Assembly: GCA_964016885.1 (NCBI GenBank)
Contig: OZ024743.1
Location: 201,996,001-202,060,000 of the forward strand
Direction of reading: 5' to 3'
DNA length: 64,000 bases
Source: Eledone cirrhosa
Lineage: Eukaryota
Made by a program: the position numbers and the translations under genes. Positions 29,180-43,379 of the stretch are shown here, piece after piece. The notes below the pieces were generated by a model. That model searched no databases, was not told the origin of the DNA, and was given only the letters and a program-made list of their open reading frames with translations. Each line of letters opens with the position of its first letter. Within the stretch, counting starts at the first letter, position 1.

Positions 29180-29228
29180 TTTTTCCTTTTTTTTCTCTTT
29201 TTTTCCTTTTCCTGACAACTTCACTCTG

Positions 29229-29271
29229 ACCGAGCTGAAGATCCGCATAAGGTGAAATATATGTTCTCGGT
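29229..29271 (+). ncRNA. Minimal type I hammerhead motif
   Basis: accgag CTGAAGA tcc-gcataa-ggt GAAA t-atat-g TT ctcggt, with a 6-bp perfect stem I. The downstream flank recurs inverted at 1375-1410. Confidence 0.7.
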
Positions 29272-29294
29272 ATGGTGAACTAACTCTTGTGGAA

Positions 29295-29346
<52 letters not shown>

Positions 29347-29350
29347 ATAT

Positions 29351-29537
29351 AGTTGTTTCTACTTTAGGCACAAGGCCAGCAATTACCCAGTGCATAACTG
29401 GTACTTTATTTTATCGACCCCGTAAGGATGAAAGGCAAAGTCAACCTCGGCGGGATTTGAACTCAGATCGTAAAGGGACGTAACTATGCTGGAAAGCACG
29501 GCGTCCAACCTTTTACCGATACTGCCAATCCACCGCA
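29351..29537 (-). mobile_element. SINE S1
   Basis: Well-preserved copy between TA runs. Confidence 0.8.
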
Positions 29538-29676
29538 CTATATATATATAGTGTTTGTGTGTATATGTAACGCACATGGTTCCCGAACTTAGCGTGTCTC
29601 GCACACTCACGCCACTAAAAATAACAGCCGAGTTTACTCGTCATTTGAATTAGCTCGACGAATTAACAGCGCCGAA

Positions 29677-30150
29677 TATATCAAAGGCATGTATTGAGTT
29701 AGAAACTCAAAATAGTCTCATTACAGTAAATTAGTTCTAAGAAAGAGGTTTTTCCGAGCCGTATATTATAACTGCGTTATCCAGTTTATTATTAGATTTA
29801 GAAGTGAGTGATGAGCTTAGGACTTTGGTACTACTTTTCACAAATAATATTGTGAAACAGTTTTATTAACACTGTCCAGGTGTTCGGTTGTTACCACAAT
29901 TATGGTTTGTATTTATTTTTCTTGATTTATTCTTAAATTGAGTCTGGCAAACCCTATTGTCTGTAGTTAGTATTTTTTTCACCTTAGCGATTCTGGTCCA
30001 TTACGATTTGAACACGTATATGTATATGGCTGTGTTCGTTTTTCTTTTTTGTTCAGTTACAATATACGGCTCGGAAAAACCTCTTTCTTAGAGCTAATTT
30101 ACTGTAATGAGACTATTTTGAGTTTCTAACTCAATACATGCCTTTGATAT

Positions 30151-30151
<1 letters not shown>
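29677..30151. repeat. Element with ~90-bp near-perfect inverted arms
   Basis: 29677-29768 is the reverse complement of 30061-30151. Confidence 0.85.
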
Positions 30152-30215
<64 letters not shown>

Positions 30216-30245
30216 AACAAAAGATGGTTAAAAGAGTTCCATGTA

Positions 30246-30311
30246 TTTTATTATGCGCATTTCAAAAACAAATATCATCATGCAATAATATTTGTGTTTC
30301 ATCAGATAAAA
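30246..30311 (-). ncRNA. Minimal type I hammerhead motif
   Basis: Reverse strand: ttttat CTGATGA aacacaaatat..atatttgttttt GAAA t-gcgc-a TA ataaaa. Stem I is perfect and the GCGC loop is palindromic. Confidence 0.8.
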
Positions 30312-30720
30312 CAGGAAAACATGATATGAAGTATAATTAACCATATAAAAAATCAATTAGACCAAGCTATAAGAATAAAGGCTTCTATGAAGAAATCTCC
30401 GACAAATAACCGAAAGCAGCCCCTTCGCGGCGGTTACGACGGATTATTTATCGAATATTTCTAAAGCATGTATAAATCGACCAGATATACATTCAACTAA
30501 ACAGAATTAGGTGTAAAATAAACTAGAACAAAAGTGTACATATTTAATTACCTCTACCATGGTTTTATCCGCATTTTAAGGCATCCGATAACATTGGATA
30601 TCTAGAGCTTCGGATTCTCCAGGAAGTTAGCTCAAATTTAGACAATTAATTTTCCAAAGTGATCGCGCCAAGAATACATTCAAAAATGGCTAAGAATCTT
30701 GCTAAACAAATTCAGAAACG

Positions 30721-30778
<58 letters not shown>

Positions 30779-31256
30779 ATAAAGAATGAATAATAACAGG
30801 TAGACATCATAAAAAGGTAATTTATTCCGAGTGCTTACAAATCTTTCAACAGTAGTTATACAGCCTAGTCATGCTATGTGCAATTGATAATTAATAATTA
30901 TTTGATTGCAGAAACTCAATTTTCAAATGCTGCGACACCCATTTATTCAGAGCAAATATATTTCTTTATTTAATGAGATATATACAAAGGAGATTAATCA
31001 TTTTAAAAGGTATCAATATTTGAAGTTCTAGTTAAACTTTAATTAGTTACCTACCTAGCTATGTGTGCTTACATACTTTACAAATTATTCCCTGTGATTG
31101 TTTCATGTTTATTTTATATATATTTATATATATATAAATGTCCATCAATTTCTAGTTGATATAAAATGATCGGATCTATACATTGGAATCTTTGACCATA
31201 TTCTTCAGTGGATATGGCGCATGTCTCTCAGACATGACACCCTTAATTTAATTTTG

Positions 31257-31324
<68 letters not shown>

Positions 31325-31407
31325 GAAAACAGCTAGTTGGTCAGTCGTCCTCTCTGTTTCTGAGTTTCGGACCCATGGATTTTTATATATTCCTTTGTTA
31401 TATTTCG

Positions 31408-31466
31408 AATACCTGATGATATCACCGGATTCATACGAAACCCGGTCATTGAAATGATCATAGTAT
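31408..31466 (+). ncRNA. Minimal type I hammerhead motif, family H (element ~31320-31662)
   Basis: atac CTGATGA tatcaccgg..ccggtcatt GAAA t-gatc-a TA gtat. A homologue lies on the - strand at 43457-43515. Confidence 0.65.
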
Positions 31467-31659
31467 AATAAAATTTTCAAGGATTTACACCAGTCCAGCC
31501 TCCTGTTATTTTATTCGTAATAATTAACTCCGTATTCGCACCACCAACTACACAAACGAAGACGGGTGAAATACACTACGTTGAGTACTCTCCATAATAT
31601 TGCATCAAGATTGACCATACGGAATGACAAATTCTATCCGGTGGTGAACGAAAAAACCG

Positions 31660-31721
<62 letters not shown>

Positions 31722-31799
31722 AAGCTCACAATGCCATCATTACAAATGAATACAAACAGATACGAATTTGATATACTAAAAGTTTGTAGGCAGTGGTGG

Positions 31800-32122
31800 T
31801 GAACCTCTGTCGGTTTCGGACATGAGTGTTCTTGTTGGTCGAACGATGGAACAGCTTCCTCAGAAAACTAAACTGTAAGTGGCTGAGGATTAAATACAAA
31901 CATGCACACTAAATATACTTCTCGGAGGCAGTCAGTGTGCTACTGTGTATGATAAAATACACGTTATATATTACAAATGCAACTCAATTTTGCCAGTTGA
32001 GTGCAGTAAAGCAATGTGAAATAAAATGTGATGCTCAGACACACAAAGCACCGAGCGGTCTAGGAGTTGAATTCACGAATTTACAAACGTGGAAGAGACC
32101 CCTCTACGCACCGTCGTGCGTG
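31800..32122 (-). mobile_element. Degenerate SINE S2
   Basis: Similar to the other S2 copies. Confidence 0.45.
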
Positions 32123-32222
32123 TTCACCAATAAAAAAATAACACGTTGTTTGATGAAGTAGTTGATGCGCAACAATTTCTAATCCCCCCTCACTCTTTTC
32201 TTTCTATATATCATTGAATGAT

Positions 32223-32790
32223 AGGGCGGTGGATTAGCACTATCGGTAGAGCGTCGGACAACATGCATTATGGCATAGAGTCACGGTCCTTTACGTTCTG
32301 AGTTCAAATTTCGCCGGGGTCGATAAAATAAAGCACCAGTAATGGTGGGGTGATTTAATCGACTAAAATAAAGCACCAGTAATCACTGGGGTGATTTAAT
32401 CGACTTTCTCCTCCAACATGTTCTGAGTTCAAATCCCCCCATGGATAGATTTGCCTTTACTCCTTACGGGTTCGAGAAAATAAAACATCAGTAATGCACT
32501 GGGTCGATTTAATTGATCCCTTCCCACCAAAATAAATAAAAAAGTGCTTCCTTTGTATCTAAGACAGAAATCATTATTATGTCAACGAAGGCAGTGGATT
32601 GCCAGTACCAGTTGGGCATCAGACAACATGCTTTGTGGCATAGAGCTACGGCTCATTATGTTCTGAGCTCAAATGCCGCCAAGATAAGCTTTGCCTTTTA
32701 CATGATGTGGTCAAGATAAAATAGCAACATAAACACATTTTATTTTCGTGTTCCCTTTGAAATTGTTGTCCTTGTGCCAAATGTTCAAAT
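32223..32790 (+). mobile_element. Three tandem or partial SINE S1 copies
   Basis: gttctgagttcaaat-like B-box segments recur at ~32295, ~32420 and ~32660. Confidence 0.7.
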
Positions 32791-32879
32791 TGCACTGTTA
32801 CCGGTTTCGATTATTATACTGTGACCATGCTCGGAATAGAAATTAATACGGGGTCACCCCCTTAAATAGATACCAATTT

Positions 32880-33620
32880 AACATAAATACAACGGAACTG
32901 AAGCTAGCTGAGTATCAATGGTTGACCCTATCGAAAGCTTCCGATTGATCTAAATTGGTCAGAGTCCCATCGAAGCCAGGTTTACACCCTACACTCTCTA
33001 CGATATATCGCATGATGTGGAGATTGTCTTATATGGACCTGATCGGGAATGCGCAAGTTTGCTCCTCCCCTACCAAATCTTCGCGCGACAAGTGGCAACC
33101 TCTTTGATAACAGCCAGAGTTATATGTCTGAAGTTGTCTAGCATATCACTCTTGTTCTCGTCTTTCCTTATAAGCGTCACTACGCCTGGCTCAAAGAACT
33201 GGGAATACTCCCGTTCTGCTACAAATTGCAGTAGAGCGCTTCGAGGAGATCGGAGAACTAGTCTGGCATACCTACGCAAAGCTCTTAGAGCAGAGCATTC
33301 AAACCGGGTGACCTGCGCCTCGTGTAGCCGACTAGAACATCCCAAAACTCGGTGGAAGTTATTGGCCTTTCTCAGTGCTAAACATCGCTGGCGAGAGATG
33401 CGATAAGCCGTCGATGTAGAGACTGGAATCCGCTACCGTGTCCGGCGCCTGTTTGAAAATGTGGACAATCTATACTATTCTTATCTATTGATCTAATAAG
33501 GACTCTATCTATATACGATCTAGATGACCAATTGCGGTTGGTCCAAGTACACATTGGCGCATTAGAGAAATCTAGTCGATACCTGTCAGACAGTTGTAAC
33601 TGGTGATCAGTTACTTGGGT
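32880..33620 (-). mobile_element. Internally deleted Tx1-type ORF2 fragment
   Basis: The reverse strand gives TWTNRNWSSRSYIDRV (endonuclease), GVVTLIRKDENKSDMLDNFRHITL and NLDQSEAFDRVNH. Confidence 0.75.
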
Positions 33621-33739
33621 AATTGTGGTGGTGATGATGTTGTTGGAGTTGTTGTTGATGTGTCTGTGTTTGTTAATAATAATGAAATTTCTAGAGCGAT
33701 GTCGGGAAAGGTATAGGGAAAATATTTAAGTGTGTTGAA

Positions 33740-34012
33740 TAGGAGGACAAAGAAGAGGAAAACGAAGACGAAGAAGAAGAAGGAGGAGGAGGAGGAGGAG
33801 AAAAAGAAGAAGAAGGATGATGATGATGAGGAGGAGGAGGAGGAGGAGGAGAAAGAGGAGGAGGAGGAACTGGAGGAGAAGAAGAAGAAGAAGAAGAAGA
33901 AGAAGAAGAAGAAGAAGAAGAAGAAGAAGAAGAAGAAGACGACGACGGCGATGGCGAAGAAGAAGAAGAAGAAGAAGAAGAAGAAGAAGAAGAAGAAGAA
34001 GAAGAAGATAAT
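33740..34012. repeat. Compound (GAA)n/(GAG)n purine tract
   Basis: Directly visible. Confidence 0.95.
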
Positions 34013-34321
34013 GATATGAAATTTGCCGGTAATAATGATATTGAAGGATGTTAGTACGGCGCTTTCCTCTCTGACCCTTGTCTGCCGTCCTGTCAAAATT
34101 CAAATTTGATGAGACAAAACTAATTTATTTCAACGAATAAAGTTTATTACTTTTCGACAAGGTGAAATTTAATATGTTAGATGTTATGAGTTTTATGTTA
34201 AGACGTTTTATTTGTAAGGATTATATGATAATTTTGCATATATGAATTATAAATATATATAATTGCGTATATATATATATATATATATATATAATTGCGT
34301 ATATATATATATATGTATCTA

Positions 34322-34370
<49 letters not shown>

Positions 34371-34372
<2 letters not shown>

Positions 34373-34578
34373 CGAAGGAAATGTGGTAAGGAACCAAGTG
34401 GACCATAACGCACCAAAGTACTCAATACTTAGGGTAGTAGAGTGGGTAATAGGAACGAGTAGGACCCCGACGGCTGAGCTCAAGCCGTTTTGACGGCTAG
34501 TTCTGGACTTAGTCCAGAACTAGTACATAACTAGCCGTCGAAACGGCTTGAGCTCATCCGTCGGGGTCCTACTCGTTC
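34371..34578. mobile_element. Family D fold-back element, opposite orientation to the copy at 27959
   Basis: Same arms and tail, flanked by TA runs. Confidence 0.8.
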
Positions 34579-34579
34579 A

Positions 34580-34629
<50 letters not shown>

Positions 34630-35124
34630 AAGTCCCACACACATTTAAATGTGTGTGTGTGTGTGTTCTACATTTAAAAATAAATGATTGATAAATGTGA
34701 AAAAGAGCAGGCAAAAAAAGCCGAAGAAGAATAGATGATGATGATTATGTGATGATGATAGTGATGAAGGTGGTGAGGATAATGAAGATGATGGTGATAA
34801 ATATGAAAATCATTATCGAACGTAGACGAAGTTGAAATGTAAAATGAATGGACAAAGAAAGGAATATTAATGCGAATTAAAAGAAATACTATTAAAACAC
34901 TTTAAAAAAGTATGGCAGAAATCATTAATGTTATTTTGAGTTCTTGGACGAGACCAAATCTTAATTTGAATATACGATACTGCGGAGTAAGGGTAGATTA
35001 TGTATTAAATATCGTGTTTATCATAGGTTAGGTTTTTGTTTTGTATGAAGCCAGAAAATCCTTCAGTCACGTCTATAATATTGCTAAAACTTCACCCGAA
35101 ATATTCTAGGTCTTTATTTAGTTA

Positions 35125-35440
35125 GATGGCTGAGTGGTAAGTTTCGTTGTCTCCCGATTACAAAGTCATGTGTTAAATTTTTGGATGTAAGTTGTTTTCT
35201 CGAGCAAGACACTTACTTTTTCGTTGGTTCTCTCAACTCAAGCTGTAACAATGAAACAATGAGTTGTATCTTTTATTGAATGAGTTAGCCTTTCCACATA
35301 TTATTTCACGTGGAACCATCTTAAGAATTATGCTTAGAGCGCTTTAGTTTGTGGCATACTCAGCTAATTGCACGTTAACATCACTAGTGGTTTTTTCCGT
35401 TATCGTATCAACTGGAACAATGATCACTCACACCGTCGTA
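35125..35440 (+). mobile_element. Degenerate SINE S2
   Basis: tggctgagtggta head, followed by gagcaagacactt and actcagctaattgcacgttaa. Confidence 0.5.
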
Positions 35441-35704
35441 AGTACAGCACACATTCATATTTCTCTTACTTTACTTTCATGAAGCCCAAAATTATTTCAA
35501 AATCATCTTTGATATTACCAAAACTTCATCTTAAATTCTAGGCCACCTCCCTAGTACCAGAAAGCTATTCATGTTTGAAATTTTGGTTTATATTAAGCCT
35601 TTTTAATTACATTCCTAACAAAACTCTCCCGATTTGCGTTTTAACTATGAAACTAATCAAGATGTGTGAGAGATACTGCGAAACAGATAACTTTAAACCT
35701 AATA

Positions 35705-36043
35705 ATTGTTTCTACTTTTGGCACAAGGCCAGTAATTACCCAGTACATTACTGGTACTGTATTTTATCGACCCCGTATGATGAAAGGCAAAGTTAACCTC
35801 GGCGGGATTTGAACTCAGATCATAACTTTAAACCTAATAATGGTTTCTAAAACAGGTACAAACTTACGAATTTTGGGGATATTGAAAGTCGATTATATCA
35901 ACTCCATATCTTCATCACTAAAGTTATATCCACTCCAGACGGATGAAAGGCAAATTTTACCACAATAGGATTAGAACTCAACGTAAAGAGTCGTAACAAA
36001 GCATATATTGTCCGATGTTCAAACGATTCTACCAAGCCACCGC
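35705..36043 (-). mobile_element. Two SINE S1 pieces
   Basis: gatgaaaggcaaa..gaactca occurs twice. Confidence 0.65.
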
Positions 36044-37025
36044 AACGTGAAATAAAGTATCTAAAACTGCTAAATCATGCGTCTTCCTATTTATAGTAAA
36101 TGTTACTTTCGCAAGATATTCCCTCCACAAACATAAGAACAATCTCCAAATACCCAACGCATCGTGATTTATAAATTCACCTGCAAAAACGAAAGCTACA
36201 CTGTCCATGACTATTTATTATATTTATCATGCTTAGCTTACTATACATTAACAACAAAGAGCAAGTGATTTATCAATATATAAATTATATTTATTAGTTT
36301 TCCTGTGTTTTTTTTATTTTTCAGTATTTATATTTGCTTCAATGGCTGCGGATATTGTTCATTCGTACATCACTATGACTAAATATATGTGTGCCTTACT
36401 CCCAACCATCACGTACCGACACAGGCCTGGCTCTGTGTTTTAGGATATCGCTTTGTAAACACAGCACCTCGGACAAATACCTGGGTTGACCAATGCTTTG
36501 ACATTGAAATATGGAATTTGGTAGACGAAAGCTTCAACAGGACCAGAATTGTTTTATTTTTAAGAAATCACCACGGATATCAGATAAAGTTGGTCAAAGA
36601 AAAAGCTCTCGATCGAACTTTTATGATGAAGTCATCCGTTTTTCTGGAAGTCTCCTAGGGGGTGTAAATATATTCTTCATAGAAGTATCGATGTCCAATT
36701 TGGCGATCATAACTCCGTCACAGTGTTTGATTAGGGGATCCACAGGTGACTACAGTCAAAGAAGGTCCTCAATGGGTTGATAGAATATGAGCTTCTTTAT
36801 TTTATAGAGAAATGAATTCTACAGGTTTAGAACTACAGGATTAAACGGAGAACTTTTATCTTCTACAAATTTTATTTGACATTCCTGATTATTTAATACG
36901 GGTGAATCAGTTCTGATCCTGAAATAGTCATTTCTATATGTAATAAAGCTGGTTATACTCTACCAACATATACAGTTATATCGTTAACTGTGGCCATCTC
37001 TCGATACGCTTATAGAATCTATTAT

Positions 37026-37181
<156 letters not shown>

Positions 37182-37244
37182 AGTATTTCCGTAGAAAAGA
37201 TAAAGGAAAGAAGAGTGCTCTATGTATAGCACAGAGCTATTTAA

Positions 37245-37451
37245 TTACACAATAAACAACACAATATAATTATTCCATTACCAAAGGTTTCAGGAAACTA
37301 GCCGATCTTTACAGAAACGTCCAGCCCGTTCATCAGATGAAATAATTATCTATTTCATGTGATGAACGGGCTGGACGTTTCTGTAACGATCGGCTAGTTT
37401 CCTGAAACCTTTGGTAATGGAATAATTATATTGTGTTGTTTATTATGTAAT
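37245..37451. repeat. ~100-bp-arm palindrome with a hammerhead in each arm
   Basis: - strand 37273-37342: tttcat CTGATGA..GAAA cc-ttt-gg TA atggaa. The + copy at 37353-37422 has GTGATGA. Confidence 0.8.
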
Positions 37452-37460
37452 TATGTAATT

Positions 37461-37510
<50 letters not shown>

Positions 37511-37515
<5 letters not shown>

Positions 37516-37696
37516 ATGTATGACGCCGACGGCAGAACTCAAGCAGTCTCGGCGGCTATTTCTGGACACAGAATAGTCCAGAAATAGCCGTCGAAACGGC
37601 TTGAGCTCTGCCGTCGGGGTCATACATTTTCCTATTACCCACTCTACTACACTAAGTATTGAGTACATCTGGTTCCTTACCACAACTCCTTCGTTA
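37511..37696. mobile_element. Family D fold-back element, diverged subfamily
   Basis: Arms gccgacggcagaactcaag / cttgagctctgccgtcgggg plus the family tail. Confidence 0.75.
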
Positions 37697-38449
37697 TATA
37701 TATATATATATATATATGTATAAGATTGTGTGGTTTTGAGGTGGAGATGTATGCGCAAGTGAGTTCCCACCCGTGTCTCTGGTTAGCTTTTTGTCTTTGA
37801 CTGGGGTTATGTCCCGTTACCTCCCGGTTCGACAAAAACACATCGAGAAAACAAGTACCGCATTTGGCAAAATTCGTATTGGGGTCGATATGATCGTGTA
37901 AGTCATGGCTTTGTCCCAGTATGGCCGTTGTATAATGACTGAAACCAGTGTATAGGATTAACGAATACACAAACACTTTTACAATCTAATAAACAACTCA
38001 CACCAACGCTTGAACCCTCAGACTCACCCAACAATAAACGTCAAAATTAATCCTACAATGAAATTATGACACATTATATTCTTCAGAAAACGTTCTGGTA
38101 ACGTATAAATAGGAACCATCCACCAAAAAATATCCCTTACTCTGAAGAATCGATAGATGAATCTGCCAGCCAAAGTGATATACTGAACTTTCCAATACCC
38201 GAATTAAAACTTCCTGTACATAGAGCATTATATTCTCTTTTACATCCCATATATCCAAATCGGAGTTATATTTGTTCTGGTCTGTAACATAATCGTGCAA
38301 CACAGTCCAGAATTCTGTAACTGATTTGCATAAATTTATAAATGAAACAAGAATACATGGTGAATCTGAGACAGCTGTCTGGCTACGCTTTAAAACTAAA
38401 AATATATCCTATGTGTCGGTTAGAGAAAAACATCATAGATTACAAATTC

Positions 38450-38552
<103 letters not shown>

Positions 38553-38856
38553 CCCCACACCCACACACACCCACACACACACACACATATATATACATAT
38601 ATTGATATATTTGGGTAGGGTCATATTGGTATAATATTACCAAACGTTCATATCAAAAACCTTGCCAAACAAATATATATATATACTTGTAAGCAAAGGG
38701 ATATTCAATTTGTTGGTAATTCAAAAACTATAAATGTTTATAACTGATTCGAAGCACTCGATAAGTTTTTTTTATAAATATTGACATATCCAGGAACGAG
38801 ATCTTAACAGTTCAAGTTTTACCTGGATAGGTAAAACTTGAACTCTTAAGATCTCG

Positions 38857-38918
38857 TATTTTATCTGATGAGAGCGTACCAAGGTTTTGGTACCCTTGAA
38901 ATATATATAATAGAATAA
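38857..38918 (+). ncRNA. Minimal type I hammerhead motif, family A
   Basis: tattttat CTGATGA gagcgtacca-aggttt-tggtaccctt GAAA t-atat-a TA atagaata. Confidence 0.8.
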
Positions 38919-39037
38919 ATATGGTTTTATAAATATAGTTTCCATTTATTAATATCATTGATATATATATATATACTTGTATAGATACATATATCAATAC
39001 ATACTTAAATACATACATACAAAGATACATATATATA

Positions 39038-39099
<62 letters not shown>

Positions 39100-39364
39100 T
39101 ATACATATGTCTGTGTCTGTGTGTGCGTTGTCTATAAACATATATGTATACAAATAAACGCACATATAGACACAAATACACATCCATGCATACATATTTA
39201 TACAAACATTTATATATTTATATATTTTCATATATACATGCATATACACACATATGTGTTTATATGCGAACACTCACTCATACAGACACACACGCGCGCG
39301 CACACACACACACTCTCTCACACACACGCATATATATATATATACATGTATATATATATATATG

Positions 39365-40066
39365 AATTTCATATTTCTAAAGAAATGCGGTATGATTATA
39401 AATAAACATTTAGAAAGCCATAGCTATGAATAACACACTGACAGCTGACGCCAGATGGTGCCCGGCAAGATCAAGGGGGACAATCGTTGATGCATTTAGA
39501 ACACAACTGGACCTAGCCAGGACGATCTCTCCCGCTCTTGCAATTGCCGGATTTTGAAAACAGGGGAAAATGTATAGTTTTGTTGTCTGTGGCAATAGGT
39601 GATTAATCCCATTTGCATTCGAAGCTGTATAAGTTGGCTGAACTTATAATAGAATAGAATTAGAATTTAGCTTCGAACATAGCTGCATACCAATGTGTAT
39701 TTGAATTTCATATTCCAAAATAAATGCAGTATGTTTATAAATAGACATTTAGAAAGCCATAGCTATTAATAATACACTAGCAGCTAATTCATATTCACCA
39801 GAATCATATGCAAATGAGATTAATCACCTCATTTACACAGACGAAAAAAATGTATATTTTTGCCTGTTTTCAAAACCCGGCAGTTCTAAGAGCAGGAGAG
39901 ATCGTCCTGGCGAGGACCAGTTGAGTCCGAAATGCATCGACGATCGTCTCCCTTGTTACTGCTGTGCACCGCCTGGTGGCGTTAGCTGTAGTGTGTTATT
40001 TATAGCTATGGTTTTCTAAATGTTTATTTATAAACATAACTTATTTCTTTAGAAATACGAAAAATT

Positions 40067-40072
<6 letters not shown>
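39365..40072. mobile_element. Head-to-head non-coding element with diverged ~250-bp arms; HHR at 39900-39945 (+) and a decayed copy at 39481-39526 (-)
   Basis: gatcgtc CTGGCGA ggac-cagttga-gtcc GAAA tgca TC gacgatc. Stem I is a perfect 7 bp, but the core carries an A6G change. Confidence 0.75.
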
Positions 40073-40143
<71 letters not shown>

Positions 40144-40742
40144 ACGTTCTCCAGATTCGTTACCAGATTGTCCGTCTCTCTGCACTCTGAATTCAAACCC
40201 CACGGAAGTCAAATTTATTTGGCTTACTTTTGGTATTGATGATTATAGTACCAGCCCAGTTCTGGTACAACTTTCTCCTCTTCAGTTCTTACGTCTTAAG
40301 TGTTCTGCTGAAGCAGGAAAGATATCTCTGTCTTCTAAAGTCTCTATGGATACATAATGGCAGTATTGAAAGCATAGGTATAACTCATATGAAGTCTCTT
40401 TAACTGTGGGTAACGATTGTAATGTATATATACATATATACATTTATATATATATACATATGTTAAGACAGGAAGATGGATGAATACAGACAGTCCCATC
40501 ACATCAGTCGACATCTAGAGATATGTTATTTCAGTGCTTTAAGATCGATACACGGGAAAGTAACAAATGGACAAAGGACGAGACGATAGTCTTAATGAGT
40601 ATTTACAAATAAGATAAAATTTCACACTCACCCATGATCAGTAACTGAAAAACAAAAACAGATGTCAACGAGACCCAACATATTGATTAGCTAAGAAGGA
40701 GTAATACAGAAGGTGGAATATATAAAAAATATAAAAACGTTA

Positions 40743-40946
40743 ATAATGGTATTTTCCGTTTGTTTGGATTTTAAGGCCTAAAAAGACAGACAAAAGGAGC
40801 GGGAGAAAGTGAGAAAGATAGACAAACGTGGAGACGTAAGATAAAACATATATATATATATATATGTTTATCTTTCTCTCTTTCTACCGCTCCTTTTGTC
40901 TGTCTTTTTAGGCCTTGAAATCCAAACAAACGGAAAATACCATTAT
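40743..40946. repeat. ~80-bp inverted repeat
   Basis: 40743-40823 is the reverse complement of 40865-40946. Confidence 0.85.
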
Positions 40947-40957
40947 ATATATATATA

Positions 40958-41270
40958 TGGTTAGATTAACGGGCTTCCAACTTTGGTTTGTGAGTTCGAT
41001 TCTCGGATTGGGCTTTGCGTTGTGTTCTTGAGCAATATACTTTATTTTACGTTGCTCCTCTTTACTAAGCTGTAGAAATGAATTGCGTAGTCACTGGTGC
41101 CAAGCTGTAACGGGCATTGCTTTAGCCATTGGACAACATCAGTGGCGTGGAGAGGGGGGAATGGTATACATGCGACTGCTAGTCTTCCACAAACAACCTT
41201 GCTCGGACTTGTGCCTCGAAGGGGAACTTTCTAGGGGCAAACTCCATGGCTTTATCGCACACCTGATAAC
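40958..41270 (+). mobile_element. tRNA-derived SINE with S2-like head and a different body
   Basis: gtgagttcgattctcgg..gcgttgtgttcttgagcaa..actttattttacgttgctcc. Confidence 0.55.
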
Positions 41271-41756
41271 CCACTATTAGTTAATCAAAATGTGAAGGTC
41301 ATATAACTCCCTACTGATAAACTGAGTTTTACAATCGCTTTGGGACTGGATTTAGCAGGCTGTTATATAAGTCGGCAACAATAAAATACAACACACACTC
41401 TCTGGAAGATAATTATTATCTTGAAATTCCCGTAATAGTTCAAGTAACTCTCTAATCATGAAAGAAGGACGGAAATGATGTCAAACGGTCATAGGTAAGC
41501 TATTTAAGTGGACATGTCACAAGATCCATACGCTTGCCAGATTTGAGGTGCAAACATCGAAAATGCTCGCTCTGAACATATCTAAGTATGAATGTGTACA
41601 TAATGTATGTATGACGAGATCGTATCAATCACATAATTGCTGCTTATTAAATATCTATAATAGCAATGACGTAATAGATTAATTGATATAAGATTCAAGA
41701 ATACTGTCTTAATATTCATGTATACACATACACACAAACACACACACACATACATG

Positions 41757-41805
<49 letters not shown>

Positions 41806-41913
41806 TAAGGGTGAAAGCAGCGATATTTTGCTCAAACTTTAATCTGTTCTTATAATAAATATTTGTTCAACGGGTTTATATATATATATATAGAGAGAGG
41901 GCTCGATAGGGAT

Positions 41914-41993
<80 letters not shown>

Positions 41994-42412
41994 CAAGTGT
42001 AGTTCATGAGCTCTAATGACAAAAGTTTAAAAATTCATAACAGAATATTCTTGAAAGGCTTTTCACTATAACCTCAGATGCTGTTATTCTTTACGGAAAA
42101 ACGTCAAATAAATTTTAATAATAAATATCAAATGTTGCATTTTAAAAAAGGTGTGTCAATAAATATTACACCTTCCATAGACTTTATAAACATTGAATTA
42201 TATACTTCGAAAGTAAATATATTTTTTTCAAATAGATCTCCCGTTTAAATCTATAGAGAATTATATATTAATGAGTTTTGGAATATTATTCTTTGGTGAA
42301 TTCTACTTTTAGGCTTTTGCAACCAGTTCTCGTCGTAATTTTCCATACTTAAATCCGGTCTTATGGCGTTCGGGATTTTGTTATTCGTTGTTATGATCGG
42401 CACGTACACACG

Positions 42413-42448
<36 letters not shown>

Positions 42449-42524
42449 GGAGGATACCTGGATAGAATCCTTTTTTTAATGCTTACCTGTGTTTTCTCTT
42501 TTATCTTATATATATATATATATA

Positions 42525-43030
42525 GAATAGCTTTCACCGTATCCTTTGACTAAAGAAATGTTAGTCTGATAATGGGGTTTAGAACACTCAGATAAATGGA
42601 AAAAGATGAGTATTGACGTACATGGGAGTAGAACCCACATCTTTGGTTATCCAGACCACTGTGCTACCATTTACACCAACACATCACCCATCTCTTTCCA
42701 TTCAAATTAGAAGCTACATTCTTAGCGAGTACAAATAACAAGTAAAATATTTTTTGAAACAGTGAGCAGGTTTGAAATTAGAAAATAGAATAGCTTTCAC
42801 CGTATTTTTTGACTAAAGACATTTTAGTCTGATAATGGGGTTTAGAACCCTCAGATAAATGGAAAAAGATGAGTATTGACGTACATGGGAATCGACTCCC
42901 TTGTACGTCAATACTCATCTTTTTCCATTTATCTGAGGGTTCTAAACCCCATTATCAGACTAAAAAATCTTTAGTAAAAAAATACGGTGAAAGCTATACT
43001 ATTTTCTAATTTCAAACCTGCTGACTGTTT
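42525..43030. repeat. 261-bp-period direct repeat plus inverted copy, containing a tRNA-like segment
   Basis: 42525-42630 repeats at 42786-42890. 42900-43030 is the inverse of 42735-42886. Confidence 0.8.
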
Positions 43031-43048
43031 CAAAATATATTTTACTTA

Positions 43049-43120
<72 letters not shown>

Positions 43121-43122
<2 letters not shown>

Positions 43123-43379
43123 GCCATCTTGAAACAAGATGGCGTAGGACAGAACAAGGAGAGGCACAAAAACAAAGAAAAGAATCCCCAATCACTGAAG
43201 AGGTCACAGAATGTGTGACGAAAGAACTTTGACAATATATGAACTATCATCTGGTTGTGGAACCAACCAGCCAACCGGAAATTTATAAATTCCTAAATTT
43301 ATAAATTTATGAGAATAAATTGAAGTGAAAGCATCTGGTGCGTGTGTTTCTTATTGGCAACATGACCCTCCCAAAGTAT

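Noticed and set aside
36389-36780. Higher-complexity stretch with short ORFs
   Set aside because: No recognisable protein motif or splice pattern; it may be an old element or exon but cannot be supported.
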